This document shows positions 27,930 through 58,887 of a stretch of 64,000 nucleotides of DNA, one piece after another. The translations under genes were made by a program, and so were the position numbers. The stretch is from Amoebidium appalachense. Lineage: Eukaryota > Protista > Ichthyosporea. Under the pieces are notes generated by a model, which was not told the origin of the DNA, searched no databases, and was given only the letters and a program-made list of their open reading frames with translations. Within the stretch, counting starts at the first letter, position 1, and each line of letters starts with the position of its first letter. Location: assembly GCA_963693365.1 (NCBI GenBank), contig CAVNZM010000009.1:6974171-7038170 (forward strand). The letters run 5' to 3'.

Positions 27930-30562
27930 CTAGGTCGGGTATGTGCTTTGATCGTCAGATATATGTTACTGTGTACAAATTGAAGTTCAGAAGGCCTGTT
28001 AATACTCTTTACTTGGCAAATTAAGTTGACGCCTGGTGCGGGAAACGCGTGCAGGAAGTTTATGATGTTCGGTAGACCGTATCAAACGTATAATTTCATT
28101 ACTTAAGCTTAAGGGGAACCCGTTTATATAGGCTACGGTGTTTTCCCAAATTGCACCTGCGAACGCCCGAATACTGAGAGATTTTGTTTGTTCAATGACA
28201 CACATGCGTCCGCCGATGCAAACTGCACATGGTGTCCTCCTGTTTGGGTCTTTATATACACGGCCAGCCGCCCGCATTCCAACGTACATGATTGGATCTC
28301 ATTTGGCCCGGCCTTGCCCGGCAACGTCTTTTCCCACATTCGAAAATGGACATTAAAAAAACGAAAACCTTATCCACCATATAATTTCAGTAGTATAAAC
28401 ATATATTAAGTGTAATAAATGTAATTGAGGGTCTTCAAGAGTTCTTTTTTGCGGGCCGGAACGTCGGCGACTCGGATGGTTCGGGGCACTCCTTTGGGTA
28501 GTGGAGTGAGCCAATCAAATATGAATAGGGAAAGCACCTCAAACGCAATAATTGGCGGATGGATGATCCCACCTGAGATCTCCATGCGTCACCAAATACC
28601 TCCAATCGGTTAATCCGTTTAGAAGTGAGCGCTGGAAAACAATCAGCCTGAATTAGGGTATCTCTTTGGTGATTATTGAATGTTTATTTTTAATATAGCA
28701 TAGATAAAAAGACTTAAAACGAGTAATAAATAAGTTGGAGATGTTTATTTGAGCCATAAACATGTATTAAATGATCTTTTCGCGTCCTTTTTATAAAATA
28801 GGTGCACATCAGAATTTCACAGATTGAAATGAAGTCTAGGAGGATAAACAAGTGGGAGCTTATCATGATAGGATATTATTATACACAATTTGATTGGTTC
28901 AAGAAATAGTATAGATCAATGGAATGCTTTGCATTTCTGTCATGTTTGAGTTGGAACTTGGGCCGGAGCTCGACGAATGGGAACGCTAGTCCGACACGAT
29001 GGAATGTTGATGTTACACACATGGGCAAGGCTTGCCACGTTGGAACGTAAACATTCATACATGGCCTACAATGGTTCATGGAACAAGTTTTATAGGGGGA
29101 GAAAGGGGGATGTTGGGTTAATATAGAAGAAACAAAAAAACTGGCGTTCAACTGCATATGCAGCCGTCGTATACTGTATTTATGCGGCAACATCGGCAAC
29201 ATCTTACAATATAATTCGCATGGCGCGATTTTCCCTCGACAATCTAGATGTGGCCGATAAAACTGTATTCAAGCTTGAGAGAATCAAGACTGACCATGGC
29301 CAGTGAGCCAGTACGTGCATGCCATGGGAATGGGACAAAACGGAAAGCCAAGCTCTGAAGAAGAAAAAAAGGAGGGTGGGCCGCCGTGTGCGTCCGTATA
29401 CCCGGTAGACAAAGCTTTTACAGTGGGATTGATATCATCAGCTGTCGACGTGGTACGCGTCATTGAGGAGGCAGGCCTAGGGCCTAATTAGATTTCATTG
29501 GTAAAGACATATTCCGTGACATGTGATTCTTGGCAGCTGGTTCTGGAATGCGCCTGTCCACGTGTCAGTGACGGTGTCCACCGTGTGTGTTCACGTGCAC
29601 CATATCACATCCTCAGTCGAGCCTCATCCCGATGATACACCTGCCACCTACTGAGATGGCTCCTTATTTTTCCTTACACATTCAGCGAACACTGGACTCT
29701 ATCGAACCGTCGAGGCGCCGCGACAGAAAGCATGCACGCGGTCGCGAGCCCGTCTGCAGCGAACGTAAAGTTCATCGCAGCGCGTGCACACCGTCAGTAC
29801 GTGTGAGATGATACACCGGTATACTGTTGACTGTACGTGCGGCACTCAATATTGTTTGCAAGCCATGGCAGGATGCATGAACTTCGATGGTGAGACGTAA
29901 CAAAACACGCTTGCGTAAATGTGCATATTTGTGTATCAGCTGCCAGGCACGCATATGCATTTCATCCACACGCCCACTCTTGGAGCTGTGTTTACAGCTG
30001 TCAGTGAGCTTTGTACAACTGTCAGACTCTGTCACCAGTGGCCTGGTGCCGCAGTGGTGCGTTTTCGTGATGCGCAGTTGGCCAATCCAATCGATCTACG
30101 GAACAACATACCCATATATGGCAATATTTCTTAGACGTGACCGTTACATCAGATTAGCCCGCCGAAGTGCGATCGCAGGGTTCCGAACGCAGCGAACGTT
30201 TTGCGAGAGCTGAACGCAAACATTTTTGGGGGGATGTGCTGTTTATTAAATTAACGACATGTAGGTGAGCGACAAGTTGTCGGCACCAAGGCCAATAGTA
30301 CTTCCACCCAACAAGATATACAGTTTTCTCAGAAAATACTCAGAAAACAGAAGATATTAACTGAGCAACTTCTATAGTATGATATATTACACGTTTTTTC
30401 ACCCTCTGTAACTCTGTAACAGAGGCCATATTCTTGCAAGAACTGGGCAAGCATTCACTTCTTCTCTCTTCTCTGCTTAGAATAGGAGCCTTTCTCGCCT
30501 CCACCCCATCTTGCAGGAAAAACCAGGGTGAAAAAGTACTTGGTTTAATAATCGGCTGAAAC

Positions 30563-40482
<9,920 letters not shown>

Positions 40483-40959
40483 CTTGCAGCCGCAACCGAC
40501 GCGGAGAGGTTAATATGACGCCTGTTATACGTCACATTGATGTTAGGTTATGGGATTGCATTTGCCTATATATGGTGGGCATTTCCTTTTTTGGAAATGG
40601 TGCTGTCTGCTTATAATGAAGACGGCGTATTTGTTGGCATAGGCGTTAAAGGGTGGCTAATTTTAGGTGTTTAGTGGGGAGGGTGTTATTTAGCTGTTCA
40701 GGTAAATTACGGACACCATGTCGTGGTTGGGTGCCGCACTAATATTTTGGTAGTCTAAAATGGTGAATCAGGCTAATCATTATAAGGATAAAATAAATGT
40801 TGATTTATAATTTTGGTGTGAAAACACTACATAATACTATGATTATAGTAACAATAAAGTAAAGCCAATACCTGCAACCAGTGGCTTTGGATATGGATAC
40901 AATACCCAGCGTTGCAAAGCTTGTTTGCGCAAATGTGTGTGAGCGCGTGTACATGTGCG

Positions 40960-41000
<41 letters not shown>

Positions 41001-41795
41001 ACGCGCATGCACCCAGGTGTATCATGTTTTGGGTCTCATGGGGTTGACAGCAGGCCCGGACATATTGATGAGGGATGGTAAGGTCATGAAAGGCCATAAA
41101 TGTGTTTGAACCAAGGCCTCCTATATTCCCATTCTCTTTTAAAAAAGATCATAAACATTCCGGCTTTAAATTTTCTTTGAAGTTTATCAATACTTTTTTA
41201 GCTCACGCAAGACTTCCTGCCCGGGCATATTTCTATATTTGGCTAGAATACTAACTGTTATAATATATTATGATAGGAGGCCCGGGGTTTGAACTGCCCC
41301 ATATTCCGTTAACCCTATTGCGCCTGCCTGTGCGGTTGTTGTGATCCCACAACAACGGCCACAAATTTACAGAAGATTTTTTCTTTTACTGGTTTGTCTA
41401 TTTTGTTGGGCAGCTTTGGCCCGACAAGGCAATCCCGTTGACTTGTCGAACACATCACCACGAACATAAACACATCACATCACACACACCGCACGCGCGC
41501 GCGCACACACACGCGCACAGATATCAAAATATAGGCACACGGAACGATACACCAATGTAAATCAAACACCGCGCCCGATAAATTGCTTTTACAACAGTTA
41601 CTGTAAACACACGACACGACATACACCTTGCACCCAGACCACTCCAGGCCACCGCACAAAAAAAACAAGTAAGCTAGGAGCCATACGCGAATCAATCAAC
41701 ATGGCATAATAGTTTACACACACATATTAATTGGTATAAAAGGTGGGATCAAAACATTAACATATATAGTCTAAAATATAGATAAACTATATATT

Positions 41796-46333
<4,538 letters not shown>

Positions 46334-47199
46334 GTTTTCTGATTTATAAAAAAAGAAATCCCTTTACTTCCGTTTTCCACTGACCGAAGTGCCCGCCCCA
46401 GTTTTTCCTGTGTCACTTGCAACCATGATGACGATTCGGCTCCGAAAACGAAAACCCCCGAGGAAACATGGCTAAATGACAGCATGATCAACAAACCTAT
46501 TTAAACAATTTTAAAAATAAGAGACTTTTTAATATCGGAACAGTTTAGATTTAAGTTTTGCCGGCTCAACAGTTTACTGATTTACCGATCGATGTCTGCA
46601 ACACAGCAACACAGCTGCTGTGTTCGTGCATGTATGTGTGTTTGTGTGTGTGCCTCTTTATTTTGGCCACCAAACACTGCTGGAGAAGGAGGAGAAGGAG
46701 GGGGGGAAGGAGGTGGTGTGTGTGTGTGTGTGTGTGGTGGGGGGGGGGGGGGGGGGGGGATGGCGGCAGCAGCAAAGGAAAACAGCACCCAGTTTTCCGG
46801 CTGCTCTTACAAGTCGCCATGTCACCAAACAAGGCAACGAAGTCACAAGCATCACACACGTATCATGTTTCACAGACCATGCAGGGTGAACGGCAGTCCA
46901 TGACATCTAACCTTGCGGCCCAATTCTAGTTTTAATTCGTTTTTGAGTTGTCAGAAACTCATGTGCCAGCACTGACCCCTGTTTTTGTGTAGCTCCTTCA
47001 ATAATCACAAGTGTGTTGCGAGACATTCGGACCCCGGTAATCCCTCCAGAGGTAACCAAGGCCTATTGTTGAGATAGTCAAGTATTCTAAGCTGAGCAGA
47101 AAAGGAAACAAAAGACCAGCATTGATAGTAAAGCAGTTTATCCTACATTTTCAAGGTCCTGCGTACATATGTTTTGGGTTTGTGTGTGTGTTTGTGTGT

Positions 47200-47346
47200 T
47201 TACTTCTCCTCGCACCACTCGTTCTCTTTGCGAATTTGTTCCTCCTCCTCGGGTGTAAAGTCGTTCTTGATGTTGAAGGTCTTGCGGATTTCCTCTGGTG
47301 TCTTGCCTGAAAGCAAAGATGATCAGCTTTGGATCACGCCGGGGAT

Positions 47347-47383
<37 letters not shown>

Positions 47384-49897
47384 AAGTGAAAATTCAGGTC
47401 AACCGTTCAAAAACCGCTCGCAAAAAAGAAGGGGGGGGGGGGGGGGGGGGGGGGGTTCACCGTTTAGACGGAACCACAGAGTAGGACACATTCATGGCTA
47501 ACGATACACTGCAGATTTTACAAACGAGCTGGGGGGAGGGGGCGGGAGGGGGGGGGGGGGGGGGTGAAAGCGGAACACGGTACGAAGTACGTATACACGA
47601 TGAGAAGCATGGTGCAGGACACATGCAAAAACAAACATTCACGTATGCAATATCAGCAATGCGCACAGTATGCGTCATAACAAGAGCCCATCCTCAGGGA
47701 GGGCCCAAGTGGGTAGAATGCACAGCAGCATACCAGACACACACCACCGACAACACATTGCAGTCTGAAAAACACAGATAAAGGAGTAGCATCACAAGCA
47801 GAACCTATTCTCAGGCGGGAGCCAAGACACAAAACACAAGGACACACAGTACAAGAGTTTCGACCATTCAACTCGCAAGGGGAGCCTAACTCCGATACTT
47901 TGTGTGTGTGTGTACGGTGGTACTGGTGGCAGAGGGAGGAGGAGAGGGGGGGGGGGCGAAGGAAGGAGGGCAGAGAGAGGGGGGGGGGGGGGAGGGGGGT
48001 CCTACAACAGGTAGAAGGATAAACTTTTTTTCCCGAGAAACCAAGTGTAGTTTAGGTGTGTTTTCCAAACGGTAAACTTTGAAGGGGAGACCCGCTGCGG
48101 GGGGGGGGGGGGGGGGGGGGCGGGGGGCTCAGGTGGGTGGAGTGCGAGGAACCGTGAACAGCTAGGGAAGGTAAAAGAACAGAAAAAGTCACAGGCAGTG
48201 TGACCCCGGGGGGGGGGGGGGGGGTGGAGGGGGGGTACACACCCTTGATCATGTTTGCGACGGTCTTGCAGGTGAGGTCGAGGAGGGGCTTGATGTCGAG
48301 GTAGTTTGCGGCCAGAATCAGCTCAAACAGGGTGCCCTGGTCCCCCCCCACGAAGTCCTGGTCCCACGGCTCTATGTCGTCCGTATGCTTCTCCTTGTTT
48401 TCGTCTTCGTCGGCTGCCACAGGCTCGTCATCCTTGTGGTGCTCGCAGTAGGCAATCACCTGGGAAAAAAACAAGTTTTTTAGAAGGCCTCTGCTTTAGA
48501 AACAGGAAAACTGATATTTGGTGCTAAAAATCTTAAGGGCGAAGAGATGAGGCAAACAAGCGCGTGCTTCAAAGAGAATGGAAAGCTTTGGTTTGCGAAA
48601 CACGGTACGAAGTATAACTACATGATGAGAAACACGTTGCAATCAGCACGCGCACAGGGTGCAGCATAAGCATTGCCCATCCTCTCAGGGGGAGTGCATG
48701 TCATCATCAAATGCATCTGAGCTTCGAACCTTTGGCCTCGCTCACACAAACCAACTCAAACAACAGCATCCATAGGAACTTAGGAGGGTCACTCAGCAAC
48801 AAGCATGTGAGCAACGGTTGATGTGTGTGTCGCCAAACCATGCAGAGAAAAAAATGCGTATATGCTTAGAGATGCACGATATAGAGCAACCAAGCCCGGC
48901 TGCATGAGAACAAAGTCTCTCTACGCAGTGGTCTGTCCAGAAATCACATCTCTGAAAGAAAGGGGAAAGGGCGGGGCGGGGGGAGGGGAGGGGGGGGGGG
49001 GGGGGGGGGGGTAATGCATCAAAAAATACGAAGTACACACGAACAAAACGGATAACACGATGCAGAATGCAAGCCATACATAAAGAGTATGCATAATAAG
49101 CAGAGCCCATCCTCAGGGGGGGCCCACGTCATCCACAGTACCCGAGTTTCGACCTATTCACCTAGTTAACGAAACCCAACTCAGACACTGTTTCACTTGA
49201 AAATGGGTAGGTCACCCGTCTTGATCAGAGACGAGCAGGGTTGCTTATGCAGGCAAGGGCAGTGGGAAAGGCCGGGGGTTAAAGTTGCAGCAGTAAGCAG
49301 AAGCAAGAAAAATATAGATAGGAACTCAGGAGACGGGGCTTCTAGGAAGCCCCCCCGTCGCTACCTAAGTCGATACTTCCCTGGCTAACATACTACACCA
49401 GCTGAAAAGAATTAAGTCCTGAAGGCCGCAGAATTCGCAATCAGGGGAAAATATGAGATTTGACCCACGCCGCAGGGTAGTAACACGTTTACTAGGGCGG
49501 AACTTTAACTTCTTCGAACGGAAAGCTATGCCCCCGGATGTCAGCCGGAAAATAGTATCACCCATTGCTTTGGGCTTGAAAAAAGCCAAATCGATGGTCC
49601 GAGTTATGTTACACCGTCGGGTAACATGCCGCATGGGTTCCAAGGGAGCTGCCGCCAACAAAGCGGTGTGTGCATGTGTGCGCGTAACGCAATGTGTGAA
49701 GTGTGTCTATAGCTATGAGAGGGGGTATGCAGAAGTGGACAGATGAAGTGTGTGGAGAGATAAACAGTAGGAAGAAAAGTAGACACTGGTGTGTGCAACC
49801 CCGCACAACATATACACACACACACACACATATATAAGCGAAGATTACAGGTAATCAACCAGAACAACAAAAGACAAGCAAAACAACGGGCGCCAAA

Positions 49898-49981
<84 letters not shown>

Positions 49982-50362
49982 GGGGGAGGGGGGGGGGAGG
50001 GGGAGGGGGGGAGGGGGGTCTTAGGGATGCTGCAGAAACGTCAGATATTAGACAAATCGTACCAATACGATCATTCTCTCGTATATGAGAGAAGATTGTG
50101 ACTAGTGATGTGCAGAGCTGGTTAAGACCTGTTGAGTGTGCAGAGAAAATGGGAGGGGGGGGGGGAGGGGGGGGGGGGGAGTAGGGAACACCAACAGAGA
50201 TAATCTTGGTGCCTAAGTTTACTTTGAAGGGTGTGTATGTTGGGAACATGTAGCAACTCCTTAACGGGGGATTGTGCTAGGGACGATCTTTTGAGAGCTG
50301 CAGAAAATTTAACCACAGCTTTCGCTATTTGGGTGTGTGTGTGGGCACAAGAAGCGAGCAAG

Positions 50363-50438
<76 letters not shown>

Positions 50439-51304
50439 TACAGGGGTGGGCTGGAGAGCGTTGTCAGATGTAACTTACTTGTACGGTAAATGTAGGTGCA
50501 CGTGGATATAAGGCACTGTAAAAGAAAATAGGTGCGCAGAAACAAAATGCATAAGTTACTGACATACAGCCCAGCCAAGAATTTACTCTCCCCTGCTTTG
50601 CAGAACGAGGAAGAGGGAGCAAACAGAACGAGGAAGAGGGAGCAAAAGGAGGCAAGAGGGCTCTGAGTGTGTACGTGTGTGTGCGCGCGCTCGTGTGTGT
50701 GTGTGTGTGTGTGCGTGTGGGCATGTGGGCGTGGGCGTTTGCGTGTGCGTGTGTGTGAGGGGGGGAGGGGGGAGGGGTGAAGGAGTGCAGTACCTTTTCC
50801 AAAATGGAGCCGGACACGTTAGGAAGAGGCACGGGGAGGTTGCTAGACTCGTCACTCAGAAGAACATCTGCAAAGGCAATAAATAGCAGCTTGAAAAAGG
50901 GAGCACAACATACATGTCGCCACCAAGGAAAAATCGCAAAATACACCCACCAAAAACGATTCTTGTCAAGCACATAGACAAGGAAGCCATGACCTCTGTC
51001 CCTACAGCACCGCGAGCAGTCACATAGGAACCAAATAAACTACCATGTTCACAGCCAAGAAAACCCGCAAAGTAAACCAACCAAACATGATTCTTGTAAA
51101 GCATATAGACAAGGACACGCTGACATCTGTCTCAACAGCAACAAGAGTTGTGGTGTAGGAACCCAATAACAAAGTAGGGAATTCCAGCAACATACCATCG
51201 AACATGGTTTTGACTGTAGCCGACATGCACGCGACCTTGTAGTCCACTTCGATCAGCTTTCCGTCGCTGCTCTGCAGCGTAACCTTTCTCCCTTCAGCTG
51301 CCAT
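47200..51304 (-). CDS. SKP1: S-phase kinase-associated protein 1, paralogue b; exons 51304-51196, 50867-50794, 48459-48243, 47306-47200
   Basis: [36 protein letters not shown]... Same intron positions, phases and internal exon sizes (74, 217, 107 nt) as paralogue a. Confidence 0.97.
47565..47710 (-). mobile_element. 5'-truncated structured-repeat copy (subfamily 2) in SKP1b intron 3
   Basis: The reverse complement reads cttgggccctccctgaggatgggctc...tacttcgtaccgtgttccgctttca + C-run. Confidence 0.85.
48590..49798 (-). mobile_element. Long subfamily 1 copy (49013-49798) followed head-to-tail by a diverged subfamily 2-like copy (48590-48960) in SKP1b intron 2
   Basis: 49013-49798 is the reverse complement of 6282-7074 with scattered substitutions. 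48590-48960 aligns to the 39303-39747 unit (ggacagaccactg, tgagttgg...cgaa.ctcag, gaggatgggc). Confidence 0.85.
50890..51180. repeat. Imperfect ~118-bp tandem repeat in SKP1b intron 1
   Basis: gattcttgt.aagca.atagacaagga...tgac.tctgtc...acagca...taggaacc.aataa recurs twice. Confidence 0.75.
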
Positions 51305-51575
51305 GGTTGCGTTTAGGTTCTGAAGGTGAAACGTGGACTAAGACTTCAAGAAAATTTTCGTTTCTGAACTTCTTGTAGGCTTTGTTGGTGTTAGGTTGGT
51401 GTGGGGCGATAAGATTGCGTGACCCCAGAACGTCGATTAGGTAGAGTTTTTTTCAAAAATCAATACATACAGCACTTTGAAATTAAAATTTTATGTCAAT
51501 ATTCAGGAGTTTTCATTTGCTGAATGAACGCATTGTGGCGATTGGCCACTAGCCGGTGATGTGGCGGGAAACATG

Positions 51576-51808
51576 ACAGTATGATATTGTGATCCGGTGA
51601 GTAACTTTCTTTCGAAGCTACCGATGCTAGCCTCTGCTTACCCATAATATGTAATAGGGGTGTCATATACTACGATGGCGCTCATTGTTGCCTAGCATGT
51701 ACATATGTCACTGGCTACATTTGATTGGCTGCGCTGGAAAACGCAGTAGGCCGTCGAATGTGGCTGGGCCTCCGGCAGTGTCCACGCAATCAGAAGTGTG
51801 TAAACCCA
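51576..51808 (+). mobile_element. Short 3' fragment of non-LTR family B (RT C-terminus plus uninterrupted tail)
   Basis: acagtatgatattgtgatccggtg...ctaccgatgctagcctctgct aligns to the reverse complement of 14195-14265 and continues into the 12500-12642 tail, ending taaaccca. Confidence 0.82.
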
Positions 51809-52202
51809 TGATGGTTTCATGTGGACTCGAGTCTCGAGGCCAGGGCATGCGCATGTACACGTTTTCCAAAATAAGTGCACATACAAATAAAGGGAAATGT
51901 CTGAATGTTTTAAAAAGTTCACATTTAGCCTATCTGCGCATTTATTTTCTTCTATTGGAAGTAGTATTATGAAATAAGCAGTGCCTGGATGGTGAGTCAG
52001 CCGTTGATCCTGGGGCCTACATGTGTAACGGCGGAGTTGATGACGACATATATGTGCCAAATATGGCTCGAACCGCCGAGCCAATCAGATTGCCTAATTT
52101 CAGGAATGTAATGTGACGTCAGACTTTTGGCCGATGCGCCAATCGGATTATCTAAATGTGGCGGAATGTGTGGTATTTGATTTTCCTAGTACCGAGACAA
52201 AG

Positions 52203-54569
<2,367 letters not shown>

Positions 54570-55214
54570 CAAAGGGCCTCCGAGGCTCTTTTGCCCAAGA
54601 AAACAACAACACACGGGTACAACAGTATGTACATACTTTTAGGCCTATGTGTTGAATTATGGAATAAAAAACTCACAAAACGCATCTTATTACAACTCCC
54701 TGAGACGCGAGGTGAATGACATATTATTGAACATACAATAGGATGACCTTGACAAGTTGTCGGCCCCAAGTCGGCTTTGGTAGAGACGGATGATCGATTG
54801 CAAGAATTTGCATAAGTGATCGTGGAAAGTTCAAGCCAATTTTCATGCACTTTCATGGATAGCCACCTTGGTCCCAAATTGATGACGTCAACACTGTTTT
54901 TCAGCACAGTGTTGCTCAGGTGATACTTTTTTCTGTGCTACCGTAGTTTCAAGGTTTGGGATCGGAGCGTTTTGTGAGGCAGCATTGGGTTGCATTGGTT
55001 TTTTAGTTAGAGAAGCTGACGTAAGCTTAAAAGAGGTTATATTAATTTACCAAGCCCCTCTTTCCGTTTCTTTTTTTTTTTTTTTACATCCTAGCCTCTA
55101 TAACTACAGCAGAACAGTTAACAGCTGCATATCCACGTCTTCTCCTCTGTATTCACACTTCCATATTACCAAAAGTATATAGCTCCTTTTTTTGGAGGGC
55201 ATTTTTAGGGCGGG

Positions 55215-57472
55215 ATGGCGGGAACACAGTTGCAGAGCGCTCTTGACCTCGCGAGGCAGTTGAAGACAGAGTGGGCCAAGGCCTCTCCCGACCTGCAGAA
55301 ATGTGGGCAGCTGTTGAAGCAGCTCAAGGTAAAGCTGGCAAGGATGTGGTTTGGTTGATGAAGCTTTATTTAGATCTGTGCGAGTCCTACGTTTCTGCTT
55401 GGGATGTAAGGCACTCCGTGGGTGATTTGGATACCTGCTGAGATGACGAAGGTAGTAAGTTGAGAGATTTGTGGCAAATAGAAAGTGCAAGGAAGGCTGC
55501 ATGGTAGGAGACGGCAAGGAATTTTCAGGGGCGAGGGGCATGTCCGGTTCCAAATGAGTGGAAATACAGCAAGAGTTCTGTTCCTATGGTCTTCGTTTGT
55601 TTTCACTCTAGCCAGACTTACAGTTGGTGGCTGGCTTGGGCTTTTGTTAGTGGAGGAAAGGTCGCTCTTCGGATCTTGTGGTGGAAAAGGAAGAGCTGTG
55701 TGCTGATGTGTTCCTTTTTTTTCTGCTCTTTGGAGGGGCTGGGGGTGGAGGGGAGGGGAGGGGGGGTATGAGGGTGGAACCATCACCACAAACACCAACT
55801 CTCCGTCATGCTCTCTCTGCGGGGTGTGCTTCTCTCTTACAATCCCCTCCCCCTCCCCCTCCCCCCTCCACTCCCTTGCCCTTCCTCCCTTCCACCCTTG
55901 TGCCACACCATCCCTTACTCCGCTCTCCCTTCCTTTCCTGCTTTCCTTCCCTCTCTCCCTCCCTCCCCCCCCATCTCCCTCCCTCTCCCTCCCTCCCTCC
56001 CTCCCTCCCTCCCTACCTACCTACCTGTCTACCTACCTACCTATTGCCCCCTTCCTCCCTCCCTCACTCACTCCCTCGCTCCCTCCCCCCCCCCCTGCCG
56101 CACCCCCATCTCCCTCCCTTCCTCTTTTCCTCTCTCGCTACCTTGCCCCTCAGCACTCTCGCCATACCCGAAGATTACCTGCCTCGCGTTCTCCTTCTCC
56201 AACCCCCCCCTCCCCCCCCATCCCTCCTCCCTTCCCTTCCCACACACACACACACACACACACACACGGCCACTTTGACAGACACAGACACACCTTTCGT
56301 CACTCTCCCCCTCCCCCCCCTCCCCTCTCCACTTTTTTTTTGCCCTTTTATTATTTTATTTTTATTTATTTTATTTATTTTTCTGGGGGGGAAGGGGGGG
56401 ATGGCAGAGACTGCTGTGGTTAGCAGGGAAGAAAAGTGGGGGGTGGGTAGGTAGGAGCACTTTTGTTCTCATCTGCGTGACAAAGTGTATTGGCGATGGC
56501 TGATTCGGCTCATTGCAGATTGCGCTCACGCACCTGTCGTTCCTCCCCGTCAACGAGAAACCCACACAAGAGGAGGTGCTTCTTGCAAGTAAGGCCGCGT
56601 GTATGAATGCTTGTGCACATCAAAGACAAAGACACACAGACACGGACACCCGCAGGCATGCATAGACCGTTGTGTGCACACCTACACGCGTCGATAAGAC
56701 ATGCGCACAAGAGCGGCCTAGCACGCACACGCACGCACGCGCGCACGCACACACATATAAATACATCCACGCACTCGCGCGAGCGGATGCATGTACGCAC
56801 ACACGAGGGCACAAAAACACGTGTATGGACACAAGCACACGAGTCTCCGCACACACACAACAGGCAAGAGCAAACACCACGCCACATGTGTACATACCGA
56901 GGAGCAAGGAACGGGTCTCTTTTCTTTCTTTCTTTCTTTCTTTTTTTCTTGTTTCGAACGTGAGCCTACGCACTGGGTTATCGGCCTGAGGGATGGGAAA
57001 GAGAGAAGGGATTGAACGGGGGAAAGGGGGATGGAGATGTGTACGTGGGGTGGCGGAGAAGGGTGTGTGGCCTTGGGGGGGTGAGGTGGACTTGCTCCCC
57101 TCTCCTGCTGCTCTGCTGCTCTGCTCGATGCTCATGTTTTCTTGTATTGGGTTTTGGCTTTTTGCTGTCCTCCCCTCCCCCCCCCGGGCCCCCCGCCCCG
57201 CCTTTTTCTTTACACCCATCCCCTATACCCGTCCCTACCTTTTTTCTCCTTTGATCACCTGCCTCCCCTCCCCCCTATAGGTTTTCTCTTCCGTGAGCCT
57301 CCCCCTCCCCCCCTTAGCAAAGAGGGGGGGGGGGGGGGGGAGGGGGTGGAGAAGAGAGAAATAAAGGGATAGAGAGCGTTTTTTTTTTCTTTAAAAAAAA
57401 AAAAAGGTCCTTAGCAACGCACAGCACCAATAGTGGTGCAAGCACACATGACATGCACCTAATTACGGCACG

Positions 57473-57503
<31 letters not shown>

Positions 57504-57535
57504 AAACACGACATGCACGCACGTGTGTGTGTGTG

Positions 57536-57593
<58 letters not shown>

Positions 57594-57798
57594 CACGCGC
57601 GCGCGCGCGCGAACACGAACACACGAACACACATACACACACACCACTGGATGCACCGGTACCATATCCCACCGTTCGTTTCTCCTTCCATACGAGGTCT
57701 ATATTTGAGCCTGCTTTTTCACTCTTAGAGATGCCAAATTTACGATGTCTTTCTTTCTTTCTTTCTTTCTTTTTTTTTTTTCTTTCTTTTTTTTTTTG

Positions 57799-57829
<31 letters not shown>

Positions 57830-58004
57830 GGGGGGGGGGGGATGTGGTCGAAAGTGCTTGAAGTTATTGCGTTTCGTTTGTTTGTTTTGCCTGTTGCGAT
57901 TCAAGATCTACGTTGCTTGGAGGGGTTTTATAGGGGGAAATGCATGAGATAGGTGCTTGTTTACCCCTCTCTCGGTGCCAGATTTACCGTGCCTTTTTTT
58001 TTGT

Positions 58005-58050
<46 letters not shown>

Positions 58051-58508
58051 AAATAAGGGAAATGCTTGGGATTGGTGTTTTTTTTCCTGTTGCATGCCAA
58101 ATTGATGCTGGATGGGGGGGATTTACTGGGGACGTGCATGAGATTGGTGCCTTTTCCGTCTTTTGAGATGTTTTTGTCTATTGAGATGGGAAATTTTACC
58201 ATGCTTGAGGGGTTTTAGAGGGGACGTGCTCGAGTTTGGTGCTTTTTCTGCCTATTAAGATGTTTTTTGCCTATCTCGAACCCAAATTTAACATACTTGG
58301 GGGGGGTTCTACAGGGGACGTGCTCGAGATAGGTGCGCTGTGGAGCATCAAGACGGAGGACGTGCCGTCGTTTGAGCGCTACATGGCCCAGCTCAAGAAC
58401 TACTACTTCGACCTCGCCTGGTGCGTTTTTATTTTTATTTTTTTTTATTTTTTTGGCCCCCCAACCAACTATTACTTTCTGATCTAACTTTATAAATTTG
58501 GGTTTTTT

Positions 58509-58540
<32 letters not shown>

Positions 58541-58849
58541 ACACACACACACATACACAAAAAAAACGTCGGGGGGGATGGGGGGGTGGAGGAGGGGGGG
58601 AGGGGAGGAGGGAAGAGGCAAGAAGGCTAAAAGAGGGGTTGAGCGAAGAGGTGGGGAACTGGAAATGAGGTTGTACGAATGTGTGGAGAATTCAGGTTCT
58701 GCTTTTATTCATGTTATTTTTTTGTTTTGTTTTTTATTGTTTTTTTTCTGGGTCTAGTGTTTTGTCTTCTTTTTTTTCCTTTTTTTTTTTTTTTTTTTTT
58801 TTAATATGTTTTTTTTTTTGGGTTGGGTGGGTGTGTGTGTGTGTGTAGT

Positions 58850-58887
<38 letters not shown>

